From contig CAVQYR010000002.1 of the NCBI GenBank assembly GCA_963718235.1, forward strand, positions 512,001 to 576,000: a stretch of DNA of 64,000 nt. The letters run 5' to 3'. Each line of letters begins with the position of its first letter. Positions within the stretch are counted from its first letter, which is position 1. Below the pieces are notes generated by a model. The model worked only from the letters and a program-made list of their open reading frames with translations. It was not told the DNA's origin and did no database searches. Of the stretch, positions 10,323 through 20,726 are shown in pieces. Source of the stretch: an uncultured Actinomycetota bacterium (lineage in GTDB: Bacteria > Actinomycetota > Actinomycetes > JAHEKZ01). The position numbers and the translations under genes are program-made.

Positions 10323-12055
10323 GCCGCCTCCTCCGCGGAGATCTGCGACAGGACGATCTCCTGGTACGTCCGGCAGGACTCCATGAGGTCGGCGTGGCGC
10401 CCGACACCGACGAGACGACCGGCGTCCAGGACGACGATCCGGTCGGCGTGCATGATCGTGCTGACCCGCTGCGCCACGATCAGCACGGCGGCATCACGGG
10501 TCTCCGGGCGCAACGCCGTCCGAAGGCGGGCATCGGTCGTGAAGTCCAGGGCGGAGAAGCTGTCGTCGAAGAGGTACACCTCGGGGCGACGCACCAGGGC
10601 TCGGGCGATGGTGAGCCGCTGGCGTTGGCCACCGGAGACGTTGGACCCACCCTGGTCGATGGGGGCGTCGAGACCCTCGGCGAGCTCTCGGACGAACGGG
10701 GCCGCCTGCGCGACCTCCAGCGCATGCCAGAGCTCGTCGTCGGTGGCGTCAGGCCGACCGAAGCGCAGGTTGCTCGCAATCGTTCCCGTGAAGAGGAAGG
10801 ACCGTTGCGGGACCAGCCCGATCCGCGCCCAGAGATCGTCCCGGGCCAGGTCGCGGACGTCGGTACCGTCCAGCAGGACGGCGCCGGCAGTGACGTCGAA
10901 GAGCCGGGGCACCAGGCTGGCCAGGGTCGTCTTGCCGGATCCGGTGGACCCCACCACCGCAGTTGTCTCCCCTGGGCCGATCGTGAAGGAGATGTCCTGC
11001 AGCACCGGCTCGGTCGCCCCGGGGTAGCGGAACTCGACGTCACGGAACTCCAGGGTCCCGGGCCGCACCTCGCGACTGGTCAGGCTCGCGACCTCGGGGT
11101 CGATCAGCGTGGGAGTGACGTCGAGCACCGTGCGGATGCGCTCCGCCGACGCCGCGGCCCGCGGCACCATGACGAACATCATGGTCGCCATCAGGACCGA
11201 CATGAGGATCTGAATCATGTAGCTGAGGAAGGCCGTCAGGTTGCCGATGGGCATGAGTCCGGCGTCGACCCGCAGGCCCCCGAACCAGATGACCGCGACG
11301 CCGGACAGGTTCATGATCAGCATGAGCGAGGGCATCATCAGCGCGAACAGGCGGTTCACGGACAGGGTCGTCGCCGTCAGGTCGGTGTTGGCGTCGTCGA
11401 AGCGACGTTCCTCGGCGGCCGTCTTGACGAAGGCCCGGATCACCCGGATGCCGGTCAGCTGCTCACGGAGCACCTGGTTGACCCGGTCGATCTTGACCTG
11501 CATCACGCGGAACATCGGCAGGGCCCGGGACAGCAACAGTCCGATCACGAGCGCCATCACGGGAACGACCACGACGATCAGCCACGAGAGGGCGACGTCC
11601 TCGCGCAGCGCCATGACGATGCCGCCGATGCAGGTGATCGGTGCGGAGAGCATCACCGTGAGTCCCATGAGGACGAGCATCTGCACCTGTTGGACGTCGT
11701 TGGTGTTCCGTGTGATGAGCGTTGGTGCCCCGAAGTGGTTGACGTCCTGCCGAGAGAACGTCTCGACGGTCGAGAACAGCGAGCCTCGGACGTCGCGGCC
11801 GAATGCCATCGAGGTTCTCGCGCTGTAGTAGGTGGCGATGACCGCCGTGATGGCGACGACGAGCGAGACGGCGAGCATCCAGCCACCGACCCGGAGGATG
11901 TACCCCGCATCACCTCGGGCAACTCCGTTGTTGATGATGTCTGCATTGAGGGCGGGCAGGTACAGGTTCCCGAGCGCCTGCACCAGCAACAGCACGGCGA
12001 CCACGACGAGTGGCCGTCGGTAGGGGCTCAGGAACTGCTGCAGCAGGGCGACCAT
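10319..12055 (-). CDS. ABC exporter half-transporter (TMD+NBD), degenerate subunit of a heterodimer
   Basis: GSTGSGKTT, VSGGQRQ, degenerate Walker B FDDSFSALD and VAQRVST; ATGA overlap with its partner. Confidence 0.92.
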   Translation of the reverse strand: MVALLQQFLSPYRRPLVVVAVLLLVQALGNLYLPALNADIINNGVARGDAGYILRVGGWMLAVSLVVAITAVIATYYSARTSMAFGRDVRGSLFSTVETFSRQDVNHFGAPTLITRNTNDVQQVQMLVLMGLTVMLSAPITCIGGIVMALREDVALSWLIVVVVPVMALVIGLLLSRALPMFRVMQVKIDRVNQVLREQLTGIRVIRAFVKTAAEERRFDDANTDLTATTLSVNRLFALMMPSLMLIMNLSGVAVIWFGGLRVDAGLMPIGNLTAFLSYMIQILMSVLMATMMFVMVPRAAASAERIRTVLDVTPTLIDPEVASLTSREVRPGTLEFRDVEFRYPGATEPVLQDISFTIGPGETTAVVGSTGSGKTTLASLVPRLFDVTAGAVLLDGTDVRDLARDDLWARIGLVPQRSFLFTGTIASNLRFGRPDATDDELWHALEVAQAAPFVRELAEGLDAPIDQGGSNVSGGQRQRLTIARALVRRPEVYLFDDSFSALDFTTDARLRTALRPETRDAAVLIVAQRVSTIMHADRIVVLDAGRLVGVGRHADLMESCRTYQEIVLSQISAEEAA

Positions 12056-12065
12056 CGGCTCGCTC

Positions 12066-13334
12066 TCAGGTGGTGGTGGCGAGGTGCCAGGTCGCTCCGT
12101 CGGGAGTGTCGCGCACCTCGACGCCCGCCGCGGTCAGCCGGTCACGCACCAGGTCAGAGGTCGCGAAGTCCTTGGCGGCCCGCGCGTGTGCTCGAACCTC
12201 GAGCAGGACCTCGACGAACGGCCCGACGACGTCACGTGGGTCGCGAGCGCCCTCGACAGCGACCTCACCGAGCCGGACGACCATGGCCCGCAGGACTCGT
12301 CGCGCGTACTCGTCATCGCCTTGCTGGGTGTCGGCCGCCCAGTCACGCAGGGCCTGCTCCAGGTCGAGCACCGAGGTAACGGCACCGTCGACGTGTCGAT
12401 CCTCCAGCGCGGTGTCGAATGCCGCTCTCGCGTCGTCGGCGACGGTGCGCAGTGAGACGACGCGCTCGACGCCGGGCTCAGCCGACTCCGGACTGTCAGT
12501 AGGGATCCCGACGGCCGGCGCGTCGAACGAGCTGGCACCAGCTCCTTCTCCGCGCAGCATGGCGCTCACCTCGGCCAGGGCCAGCACCGCGCCGTCGGTG
12601 AATCGTCGAGACGCCCCCCGAGACCGAACGGTCATCGCTCCCGCACCGACGACCTCGGCGGTGCCTGCGACGAGGTCGAGGAGGACCGCGGTGTGCTCGT
12701 CGATGCCGAGGACGCCGGTGCCCTCGGGGAGAGCCGCCTCGAGCACCTCGAGCCGCCGCTCGCCCAGGTAGCAGAACCGGGTGTCGTAGTGGCCGCCCTC
12801 GTTGTTGTCGAAGTGAGGGATGACGGCGGCTGGGAGCCCGGCCAGGGTCCCGAGCAGGTCGATGCCGTCGAGCCAGTAGGGGTCATCACCGGCCTTGTAG
12901 ATCTCGTACACCGGGATCGCATGCGCTCCGGCGAGCACGGCAGCCGCGCTGCCCAGGCAGACCGTGCCGCCGCGGGTGACGACGTCGGCGAGCGCCTCGG
13001 GGATCGGCGTCGCGGCCCACTGACGCAACGCGTAGCTGGGGCTCCCCGGACCGGCGAACGCCCAGCTCGCCGAGTGCAGCAGGGCCAGGGCCCGCTCCTG
13101 GTCGACGGTGGCGCCGTCGCGGCGCCGCCAGGAGGCCACCTTCACCTCGCGTCCCACGCTGTCGGCGAAGTAGGCCAGGGTCTTCTCGACCAGGTCGTCG
13201 GCATTGGCCTGGAACCCGAAGGGTGTGTCCAGCAGGACGGCGGACCCGGGGCCGGACTCGGCGAGCACACGTCGGTGCACGCGCACCATCGTGGGAGCGG
13301 TCTCCCCTGAGCCCATGAGCACCAGATGACTCAC
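12066..13334 (-). CDS. Peptidase S51/cyanophycinase-like (class I GATase fold) domain fused to a CysRS-type C-terminal helical domain
   Basis: LVLMGSGE, FAGPGSP, LGSAAA, IPHFDN, GIDEHTA; C-terminus LLEVRAHARAAKDFATSDLVRDRLTAAGVEVRDTPDGATW. GTG start overlaps the upstream stop and has an AAGGAG RBS. Confidence 0.7.
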   Translation of the reverse strand: MSHLVLMGSGETAPTMVRVHRRVLAESGPGSAVLLDTPFGFQANADDLVEKTLAYFADSVGREVKVASWRRRDGATVDQERALALLHSASWAFAGPGSPSYALRQWAATPIPEALADVVTRGGTVCLGSAAAVLAGAHAIPVYEIYKAGDDPYWLDGIDLLGTLAGLPAAVIPHFDNNEGGHYDTRFCYLGERRLEVLEAALPEGTGVLGIDEHTAVLLDLVAGTAEVVGAGAMTVRSRGASRRFTDGAVLALAEVSAMLRGEGAGASSFDAPAVGIPTDSPESAEPGVERVVSLRTVADDARAAFDTALEDRHVDGAVTSVLDLEQALRDWAADTQQGDDEYARRVLRAMVVRLGEVAVEGARDPRDVVGPFVEVLLEVRAHARAAKDFATSDLVRDRLTAAGVEVRDTPDGATWHLATTT

Positions 13335-14219
13335 TCCTTGCTCCCCTCTTCTTCGGCGCGGACGGCGAGCGCCAGCAAGTCCGACGCGCACCGGTCCGGC
13401 TGCTGTGCGTGCAGATCGTGGTGCGCACCGACGTACCACGATGCCTCGGCACCGGCGATTGCCGCCAGCGCCTCGCTCACTGGGGTCGGTGTCGAGGGTG
13501 CTTCGTCAACCGCCGCCATCAGGGTGACCGGAACGGTCACCTGTGAGTACAGCGGCCGCGGGTCGTCAGCCCACAACGAGTGGACGATGCTGCGGTGGTG
13601 CTCCCGCGACAGGTGCGGACGCACCGTCCCGTCGGGTCGATCGGCGAAGTTCGCCAGCGCAGCCGCACGACCCTCTTCGGGCCAGTCGGGGTGCCAGCTG
13701 CTCGACTGAGCCTCGAGCTCGGCCCGGGTCAAGTGGTCGAACCTCGGTGGTGCGAGCGCGGCCCAGCACTCCTCGAAGGTGGGATAGCGGTCGGCGAGAT
13801 GGATCCAGCCGCCGTCGACGAGGCCGAGGGCCGCCACGCCACCATGCTCGACCGCCTGGGTGAGAACGACGTTCCCGCCCCAGGACTGACCGGCCACGAC
13901 GGGGAGCCGGTCGTTGTCCCAGCCCAGCTGCGGCACACAGCGCGGCGAGGTCGGTGGCCGCCGTCGACGTGTCGTAGCCGTCCTCGGTCACCTCGGAGCG
14001 ACCGTGGCCGCGCTGGTCGACGGCTGCCACCGGGTGTCCGGCCGCCGCGAGGCGCCACGCGACGCCGTCCCACAGGCGGGCGTTGCTCGCCAGCCCGTGC
14101 ACGAGCAGGAACGGACGACCCGGTCCGTCGGCTCGTCTCACCGCCAGGCGCGGCCCACCGGGCAGGTCGACCCACTCGTCGTGCAGCCGTGGCCGGTCGG
14201 CTGAGGCGAACGTGCTCAT
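13331..14219 (-). CDS. Alpha/beta-fold hydrolase, split by a +1 frameshift near 13935
   Basis: LLVHGLASNARLW and DQRGHGRS in one frame; GQSWGG, LVDGG and AHHDLH in the next. ATGA overlap with the upstream gene. Confidence 0.8.
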
Positions 14220-15178
14220 GTGCTCGGCGCCGCGCGGGCGATGTCGTCGAGGACCACGGCCACGTCCGCGGTCACCGACAGCGGCAGTACCCATGCCGGC
14301 TGTCCTGAGGCTGCCGCGGAGACCGAGTCGACCATGAGCCGATAGGCGTCGCACGGGGCGAACGCCTCCTCCCGGGCCGCACCTGCCTCGATCACACGCA
14401 GAAACGAGGGCTCTCTCCAGCTGGTGAACGCCGGGTCGGCGAGCTCGACGGTCAGGTCAGGTGCCTCGACCCGAAGGACCTGCGACTCCGGTTGCTCGAT
14501 CGACGCCTCGATCCTGGCCCGGCTGTCGCCCGCGTCCAGGACCGCAGCGGTGGTGAGATCGACCCCGGTCGGTCCGACATGTCGGGTGACGTCATGCACC
14601 TGGACCGTGGACGTGCCGAGGGCCCAGAGCGCCGCGCCCACCAGGTAGGGGCCGACGTCCAGCAACGCGCCGCCCCCGCTCGCGGGGTCGAGCCGGTAGT
14701 TGTCGCGGGGCACCCCGGCGAACGTGAACTGGGTCTGGACCGCGCGCGGCCCGGAGGACTCACTGACGAGCTGCTGTGCTCGTCGGGTTCGGGGGTGCCA
14801 GTGGTTCCAGGTGGCCTCGACCAGGAGGCGGTCCGCCGTGGCGGCGGCGCGGGCCATGACGTCGACCTCGTCGGCGGTGCGTCCCAGTGGCTTCTCGCAC
14901 AGCACGTGCTTTCCGGCTTCGAGGGCAGCGACCACCCACCGGAGGTGGTCACTGTTGCGCAGTGACACGTAGACCACATCCACGTCGTCAGCGGCGCAGA
15001 CCGCGTCGTACGAACCGGCCGTGCGCCGAGGCTCGAGCGACTCCGCCCGCCGTTCATCGCTCGAGCCGACCACTTGGAGCACCGCTGAGTCGGCGGCGTG
15101 GACAGCTGGAGCCAGTGCTTGCGACGCCACGAACCCGGCCCCGACGAACCCCCAGCGGACGACAGGAGCCTTGGTCAC
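14216..15178 (-). CDS. Gfo/Idh/MocA family oxidoreductase
   Basis: WGFVGAGFVA, GKHVLCEKP, GGGALLDVGPY. Confidence 0.88.
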   Translation of the reverse strand: MTKAPVVRWGFVGAGFVASQALAPAVHAADSAVLQVVGSSDERRAESLEPRRTAGSYDAVCAADDVDVVYVSLRNSDHLRWVVAALEAGKHVLCEKPLGRTADEVDVMARAAATADRLLVEATWNHWHPRTRRAQQLVSESSGPRAVQTQFTFAGVPRDNYRLDPASGGGALLDVGPYLVGAALWALGTSTVQVHDVTRHVGPTGVDLTTAAVLDAGDSRARIEASIEQPESQVLRVEAPDLTVELADPAFTSWREPSFLRVIEAGAAREEAFAPCDAYRLMVDSVSAAASGQPAWVLPLSVTADVAVVLDDIARAAPST

Positions 15179-16845
15179 AGTGGCGCCACGGGCCGGCCGT
15201 CGTCGGCGGCCGAGTGTCGGGCGGCCTCCATCACGGCCAGGACCCGCCGCGACTGGGCGCCGGTGACGGTCATCGGCAGTCCGAGACGCACCCGGTCGGC
15301 AACCTCACGGTGGAAGGCGTAGGGCTCAGCGCTGGGCATGGCGAGCCGGGTGACACTGCCATCGGCGGCGTACTGGTCGAGCGTGGGCGGTGAGTCCGCC
15401 GGCGCCAGGATGTCCTCGGTGAGGGTGCCGATGTCGCTGCGGGACACCACCTTCTCGGTACGCCACTGCCCGACGACCGCCCCGAGCGTGCCCAGCACGT
15501 ACCAGCGCGGCTTGAGCGCAGCGGCCAGGTCGGAGTGGACGAACTCGGCCTCGGCGCCTCCGTCGAACCGGATGGTCACTCGAGAGTGGTCGGCGTTGGT
15601 GACGTCGTACCAGCGTCGCTTGTGGGTAGCCGCGGTGACGTAGTCGACCTCGGTGGGGACGAGGTCGAGGATCTGGTCGAGGACGTGCGACCCCCAGTCG
15701 TAGAAGGCGCCACCGGAGACCTCCTCGTCGGAGTGCCAGAGGTTGCAGGGGTGGCCGTACCCGCCGATGAAGGTCTCGATCTGGAACAGGTCGCCCAGGG
15801 CGCCGGACCGCACGAGTCGTCGGATCGCCAGATGGTCAGGGTCGTAGCGACGGTTCTGGTACACCACGGCCAGGAGGCCAGCCGCGTCGGCTTCGGCGAG
15901 GACCTCGTCGGCCTCACTCGTCCGGATCGCGAAGGGCTTCTCGACCACGACGTGCTTGCCCGCACGCAGTGCCTTCAACGCCCACGGTGCGTGAGTGCTC
16001 GGCGGGGTCGAGATCACCACGAGGTCGACGTCGTCGCGCTCGAGCAGCTCGTCGGCCGATCGGGTCGTGCTGACCCCCGGCGCCGCTGTCGCCGCAGCCG
16101 TCAGCCGGTCCGGGGAGGTGTCGCAGACCGCGGCCAGGCTCAGGCCGTGCACCGCGCGCACCGCGCGACTGTGCTCGTGTCCGATGGCGCCGTAGCCGAG
16201 CAGCCCGACACCAACCGTGGCCGCCTCGGGCACGCCGCACATGAGCTGGAGCAGCTGGGCGAGGGCACGGGTCGCACCTGCGCCGCCGACCGCCCCCGGT
16301 GACGTGCCGAGCGTCCACGCCGCCGTGGCCGTTGCCGGGCGCCAGGTCAGCACCGGTTGTTCGACCAGTCCGATCCGCGCGGTGAGCAGCACCCGGACGT
16401 CGTCGGCGGACTTGTCGACCTGAACCAGGCGGTCGGTCACATGGTCGTGCTGGCCGACGTGGTCGTCCTCGTGGTGCTGGTGACCCGCCGGGTGCAGCGT
16501 GCCCGGAGCGTCGTGGCCGGCTCTGACCCGTACGTCGTGCACCGGCGTGGTGTCGCCGACGAGAAGCCCCGCCGCCTCACCCAGAACTCGGTCCGGGTCG
16601 GCCCGAGTGAGCGTTGGGCCGGCCAGGACGACCCTGAGGTCGGTGTCGGTGAGGGCGCTGACCAGAGCAGGGGAGAGCGCTCGGTCGGCCCACACGACCA
16701 CGGCATCGGCCGCGCTCAGCTCGCGGTCCGAGCCCGGCGCGCCCACGTCGACCAGTCCGGACGACGTCAGGCGGTCGCGCAGGGCGGCCACCTCGGCAGC
16801 CAGCTCCGGGTGGGACAGGTCGACGACCCAGGCGATGCGCAGCAC
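15175..16845 (-). CDS. Gfo/Idh/MocA oxidoreductase with an extra N-terminal domain containing a His-rich loop
   Basis: C-terminal GLLGYGAIG, GKHVVVEKP, YQNRRYD, GGAFYDWGSH; about 205-aa N-terminal extension. Start at GTG 16845 is inferred. Confidence 0.8.
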   Translation of the reverse strand: MLRIAWVVDLSHPELAAEVAALRDRLTSSGLVDVGAPGSDRELSAADAVVVWADRALSPALVSALTDTDLRVVLAGPTLTRADPDRVLGEAAGLLVGDTTPVHDVRVRAGHDAPGTLHPAGHQHHEDDHVGQHDHVTDRLVQVDKSADDVRVLLTARIGLVEQPVLTWRPATATAAWTLGTSPGAVGGAGATRALAQLLQLMCGVPEAATVGVGLLGYGAIGHEHSRAVRAVHGLSLAAVCDTSPDRLTAAATAAPGVSTTRSADELLERDDVDLVVISTPPSTHAPWALKALRAGKHVVVEKPFAIRTSEADEVLAEADAAGLLAVVYQNRRYDPDHLAIRRLVRSGALGDLFQIETFIGGYGHPCNLWHSDEEVSGGAFYDWGSHVLDQILDLVPTEVDYVTAATHKRRWYDVTNADHSRVTIRFDGGAEAEFVHSDLAAALKPRWYVLGTLGAVVGQWRTEKVVSRSDIGTLTEDILAPADSPPTLDQYAADGSVTRLAMPSAEPYAFHREVADRVRLGLPMTVTGAQSRRVLAVMEAARHSAADDGRPVAPL

Positions 16846-17024
16846 CTGGCGACAGTAGAGGAATCTGCCGAGCGCTGCCGCCCAGCCCTCCTCGCACCCC
16901 TCGGGGCCGACCCGTTCTCGTACCCCGATACCGAAAGAAGGGCGCCGGCTCGGGCGCGCCGTGGCCCGGACGGTCGGCGGCCGCACCGCGCTCGAAGCTG
17001 GACCCGTCCCTATACTCCGGCGTC

Positions 17025-17651
17025 GTGCCCACCACGCCCGCGGCCCCCCGTCGGGGCCGGCCGCCCAGGCACAAGCGCGCCGACATCTTGGACGCGGCCT
17101 CCGAGGTGCTGGTCTTCCGCGGTTACGAGAGCACCCGGTACAGCGACGTCGCCGAGGCCAGTGGTGTCCCCGTCGGGAGCCTGCAGCACTACTTCCCGAC
17201 GATCGAGGTCTTGCGACGCGATGCCCTGCGCCACAAGGTTCGGGCCGAGCTGACCGCCCTGGCAACGGAGCTCGCTCAGATCGACGACCCGTGGGCGCGG
17301 ATTCGTCACATCATCGTGTCCTCGGTGTCCCTGGAACCCGCGCGTCGCCGCGGTGGCTGGGTCCTGTGGCTCGAGTACTGGCGGGCGGCGGCCCACGACC
17401 CCGAGCTGGCCGACGACACCCACGAGGTGGACGCCGCCTGGCTGGACCTCGCGGCGCAGTGTGTCGACGACGGCGTCCGATCGGGGCTCTTCCGGCTCGA
17501 CGGTACGCCACACGAGGCGGCGGTGGAGCTGCACGCCCTGCTCGACGGGCTCGGGGTGGGGCTGGCCGTGGAGCACCCGCCCGAACAGGCCGCCGAGGCG
17601 ATCGCTCTGGTGGAGCGCGCCGCGCGGCGGATGCTGTTCTCCACGCGCTGA
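17025..17651 (+). CDS. TetR/AcrR family regulator (BetI-like C-terminus)
   Basis: ILDAASEVL...TRYSDVAEASGVPVGSLQHYFPT helix-turn-helix; TATACT -10 box just upstream. Confidence 0.9.
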   Translation: MPTTPAAPRRGRPPRHKRADILDAASEVLVFRGYESTRYSDVAEASGVPVGSLQHYFPTIEVLRRDALRHKVRAELTALATELAQIDDPWARIRHIIVSSVSLEPARRRGGWVLWLEYWRAAAHDPELADDTHEVDAAWLDLAAQCVDDGVRSGLFRLDGTPHEAAVELHALLDGLGVGLAVEHPPEQAAEAIALVERAARRMLFSTR

Positions 17652-17787
17652 CCGACGGCCGGTCACCCACCGTTGCGCCTGACGGGTGGTGGGGTCTTGA
17701 CGGGGACGCCGCCCGGGGTCATCATTCCTATACCCATATGGCGCTATGAGAATGACTCGGGTCGTTCCCACGAGAGGAGCATCAGCC

Positions 17788-19164
17788 ATGACGCTGAACC
17801 GTCGGGACTTCATCAAGGTGGCCGGGGCGGCCGCCGCGGTCGTTGCCTGCTCCCCGGCCACCCGGGCCGTGGCAGCGACCAGGCAGCGGGTGCTGGTGGT
17901 CGGCGCGGGCATGGCCGGAATGGCGGCGGCGCGACAGCTGGTCGACGCCGGACACACGGTGACGGTGCTCGAGGCGCGCAACCGCCTCGGCGGCCGGATC
18001 CACACGAGCAACGCGTGGGCCGACGCACCGATCGACCTCGGCGCCTCGTGGATCCACGAGACGCAGGGCAACCCGCTCACCTCGCTGGCGAGCCAGGCGG
18101 GGGCGCGCACGGTCACCACCGACTACGCCAGCTTCGCCACCTACGACGCGAGCCTGGGCAAGATCACGACCGGCTCCGGTTCGGCTTACGCGTCCATGCA
18201 GGCCAAGTTCGACAGCGCCGTCAAGGCCGGCTACAACACCAACAAGGACACCGCGCTGCGTACGGCTCTGGAGAGCAGCCTCAAGCTGAGCACGCTGACC
18301 GAGCCGAACAAGCGGTTGGCCAACCACTTCATCGTGAGCCTGGCCGACGACGAGTACGCCGGCGACTCCGCCGAGCTGTCCAGCTGGTACTGGGACAGCA
18401 TGGGCGGCTACTCGGGTCTCGACGCCGTTCTGCCCGACGGATACGTCGCGCTGGTGAACCACCTGGCCACCGGGATCAACGTCCAGCTGAACCGCACCGT
18501 CACGGCCATCTCCCACACGTCGACGGGCGTCACGGTGACCACGTCCGGCGGCACCTTCACCGGCGACCGCGTGATCGTGACCGTACCGCTGGGTGTCCTC
18601 AAGAAGAACGCGATCACCTTCAGCCCCGCCCTGTCCTCCACCAAGACGACCGCGATCAGCAAGCTCGGGATGGGCACGGGGACCCTGAGCAAGGTGTTCC
18701 TGCGCTTCCCGAGCGTCTTCTGGGACAACGTCGACTGGATCGAGTACGTCGCGTCGACGGCCGACCGGGGCCGGTTCCACCAGTGGCTCAACGTCGCCCG
18801 GGTGTCCGGGGGCAAACCGATCCTGCTGGGCTTCCTCGGTGGGTTCTACGCCCAGTCGGCCGAGGCGATGACCGACCAGCAGATCGTCGACGCCGCCATG
18901 GGCCCCCTGCGCACGATGTACGGCGCGAGCATCCCCAACCCGGTCGCATGGCAGATCCCGCGATGGAGCACCGACCCGTTCTCCTACGGGTCGTACTCCT
19001 TCAACAAGCTGAACTCGACGCCGAGCATGCGCAACAACCTGGCGGCCGACGTCAGCAAGCGGGTCTTCTTCGCTGGTGAGGCCACCCACAAGACGCTGTT
19101 CGCCACGGTGCACGGCGCGTACCTGTCCGGACAGCGCGCGGCCACCGAGATCATGAACGCCTGA
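17788..19164 (+). CDS. Tat-exported flavin-dependent amine/polyamine oxidase family protein
   Basis: NRRDFIK Tat motif, [56 protein letters not shown]; GAGGAG RBS. Confidence 0.88.
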   Translation: MTLNRRDFIKVAGAAAAVVACSPATRAVAATRQRVLVVGAGMAGMAAARQLVDAGHTVTVLEARNRLGGRIHTSNAWADAPIDLGASWIHETQGNPLTSLASQAGARTVTTDYASFATYDASLGKITTGSGSAYASMQAKFDSAVKAGYNTNKDTALRTALESSLKLSTLTEPNKRLANHFIVSLADDEYAGDSAELSSWYWDSMGGYSGLDAVLPDGYVALVNHLATGINVQLNRTVTAISHTSTGVTVTTSGGTFTGDRVIVTVPLGVLKKNAITFSPALSSTKTTAISKLGMGTGTLSKVFLRFPSVFWDNVDWIEYVASTADRGRFHQWLNVARVSGGKPILLGFLGGFYAQSAEAMTDQQIVDAAMGPLRTMYGASIPNPVAWQIPRWSTDPFSYGSYSFNKLNSTPSMRNNLAADVSKRVFFAGEATHKTLFATVHGAYLSGQRAATEIMNA

Positions 19165-19214
19165 GCGAGCCGAGAGGCGGGCTCCTTCGCCGCCCAGATG
19201 GCTACAGTGAGGCC

Positions 19215-20219
19215 GTGTCGGTCCGGTGGTCCCTGCTCGCCTCGACGGTCGCGCTCGCCGTGGTCTCGAGCGTCGCCGTGGTCGACGCACCGACAGCCAA
19301 CAGTCGGGCGTTGCCGGCGGGTTCGACGCAGTCCACGCCGGGGTGGGCGCTGGACCGGATCGACCAGCGACGTCTCCCGCTGAACGGCACCTACCGGTCC
19401 AGGGCGAACGGGTCGGGGGTGACGGCCTATGTGGTCGACTGCGGCGCGCAGGTCGGCAACCCCGCGTTCGGTGGCCGCGGCCGACGCGGCCCCAACCTCG
19501 CCGGGGGCACCTGGGGCGACTGCACCGACTCGTTCGCGGTCGGACATGCGACCTTCGTCGCCGGGATCATCGGGGGTGCCGTGACCGGCGTGGCGAAGGC
19601 TGTGCGTGTGGTGTCGGTGAGGGCGCTCAACGGTGGAGAGGGCGTCGGCGCCCCGCCGACTCGGGTCCAGGCGCAGCGGGTCGTCGACGCGATCGACTGG
19701 GTGATCAAGGACGCGGCCAGACACCCCGGTCCAGCCGTGGTGAACCTCTCGCTGGGATTCCCGGAGCGATTCATCGGTGTGAGCCGTGCGCTGCAACGGC
19801 TGGAGCGCGCTCACATCACGGCGGCCGTGGCGGCTGGAAACGAGTCCGGAGACGCGTGCCAGCACACCCCTGCCCGGGTCCCCACCGCGCTCACCGTGGG
19901 CGCAGTGAACCGCCACGACCGGCGGTGGAGCGGATCGAACAGCGGGCCCTGCGTCGACCTCTTCGCGCCCGGGGTCGGCGTGCGCTCGGTCCTGCGCGGC
20001 GGTGGCGTGTTCACGTATCGCGGCTCGGGGGCGACGTCGTGGGCCACGCCGTACGTGACCGGCGCCGTGGCCCTGTACCTGTCCACTCACCCCCGGGCGC
20101 ACCCACCAGCAGTCCGTCGCTGGGTCCTGACCGGCTCGACAAGGGGACTGCTCAGCGGACTCCCGACCGGCACGCCCAACCGCCTGCTGTACGCGTTCGC
20201 CCCACTGCGCCGAGCCTGA
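19215..20219 (+). CDS. Secreted S8 subtilase (aqualysin/proteinase K-like)
   Basis: Signal peptide, WALDRIDQR, VVDCG (Asp), GHATFVAG (His), AAGN, ATSWATP (Ser), GTPNRLLY. Confidence 0.85.
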   Translation: MSVRWSLLASTVALAVVSSVAVVDAPTANSRALPAGSTQSTPGWALDRIDQRRLPLNGTYRSRANGSGVTAYVVDCGAQVGNPAFGGRGRRGPNLAGGTWGDCTDSFAVGHATFVAGIIGGAVTGVAKAVRVVSVRALNGGEGVGAPPTRVQAQRVVDAIDWVIKDAARHPGPAVVNLSLGFPERFIGVSRALQRLERAHITAAVAAGNESGDACQHTPARVPTALTVGAVNRHDRRWSGSNSGPCVDLFAPGVGVRSVLRGGGVFTYRGSGATSWATPYVTGAVALYLSTHPRAHPPAVRRWVLTGSTRGLLSGLPTGTPNRLLYAFAPLRRA

Positions 20220-20258
20220 GCCCCACGCCGGCCGTGCTCCCGACCAGGGGCGGGACCG

Positions 20259-20726
20259 TCATTGCAGGGGGATCCCCGTGTCGTCGCCCTCGGCGCGTGC
20301 TCCGTAGATACGGCGCTGCGCCGCGTCGATGGCCACGTCGTTGATGCTCGCCTCACGACGGGACATGTAGCCCCGTTCGTCGAACTCCCAGTTCTCGTTG
20401 CCATAGGACCGGAACCACTGTCCGGCAGCGTCGTGCCACTCGTACTGGAAGCGCACGGCGATCCGGTTGTCGCTGAACGCCCATAGTTCCTTGCGCAGCA
20501 CATAGTCGAGCTCGCGCTCCCACTTGCGCTGCAGGAACGACACGATCGCTGCGTGGCCCTGGAGGAACTCGTCGCGGTTGCGCCACTGCGAGTCGGGGCT
20601 GTACGCGCCGGCCACGCGCTCGGGGTCCCGGCTGTTCCAAGCGGTCTCAGCCATCAACACCTTGGTACGTGCGGACTGCTCGTCGAACGGCGGCAGTGGG
20701 GCGCGGGGGGTGGGGGCGGTCGACAT
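20259..20726 (-). CDS. DUF1348 family NTF2/SnoaL-like protein
   Basis: [50 protein letters not shown]. Confidence 0.9.
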   Translation of the reverse strand: MSTAPTPRAPLPPFDEQSARTKVLMAETAWNSRDPERVAGAYSPDSQWRNRDEFLQGHAAIVSFLQRKWERELDYVLRKELWAFSDNRIAVRFQYEWHDAAGQWFRSYGNENWEFDERGYMSRREASINDVAIDAAQRRIYGARAEGDDTGIPLQ

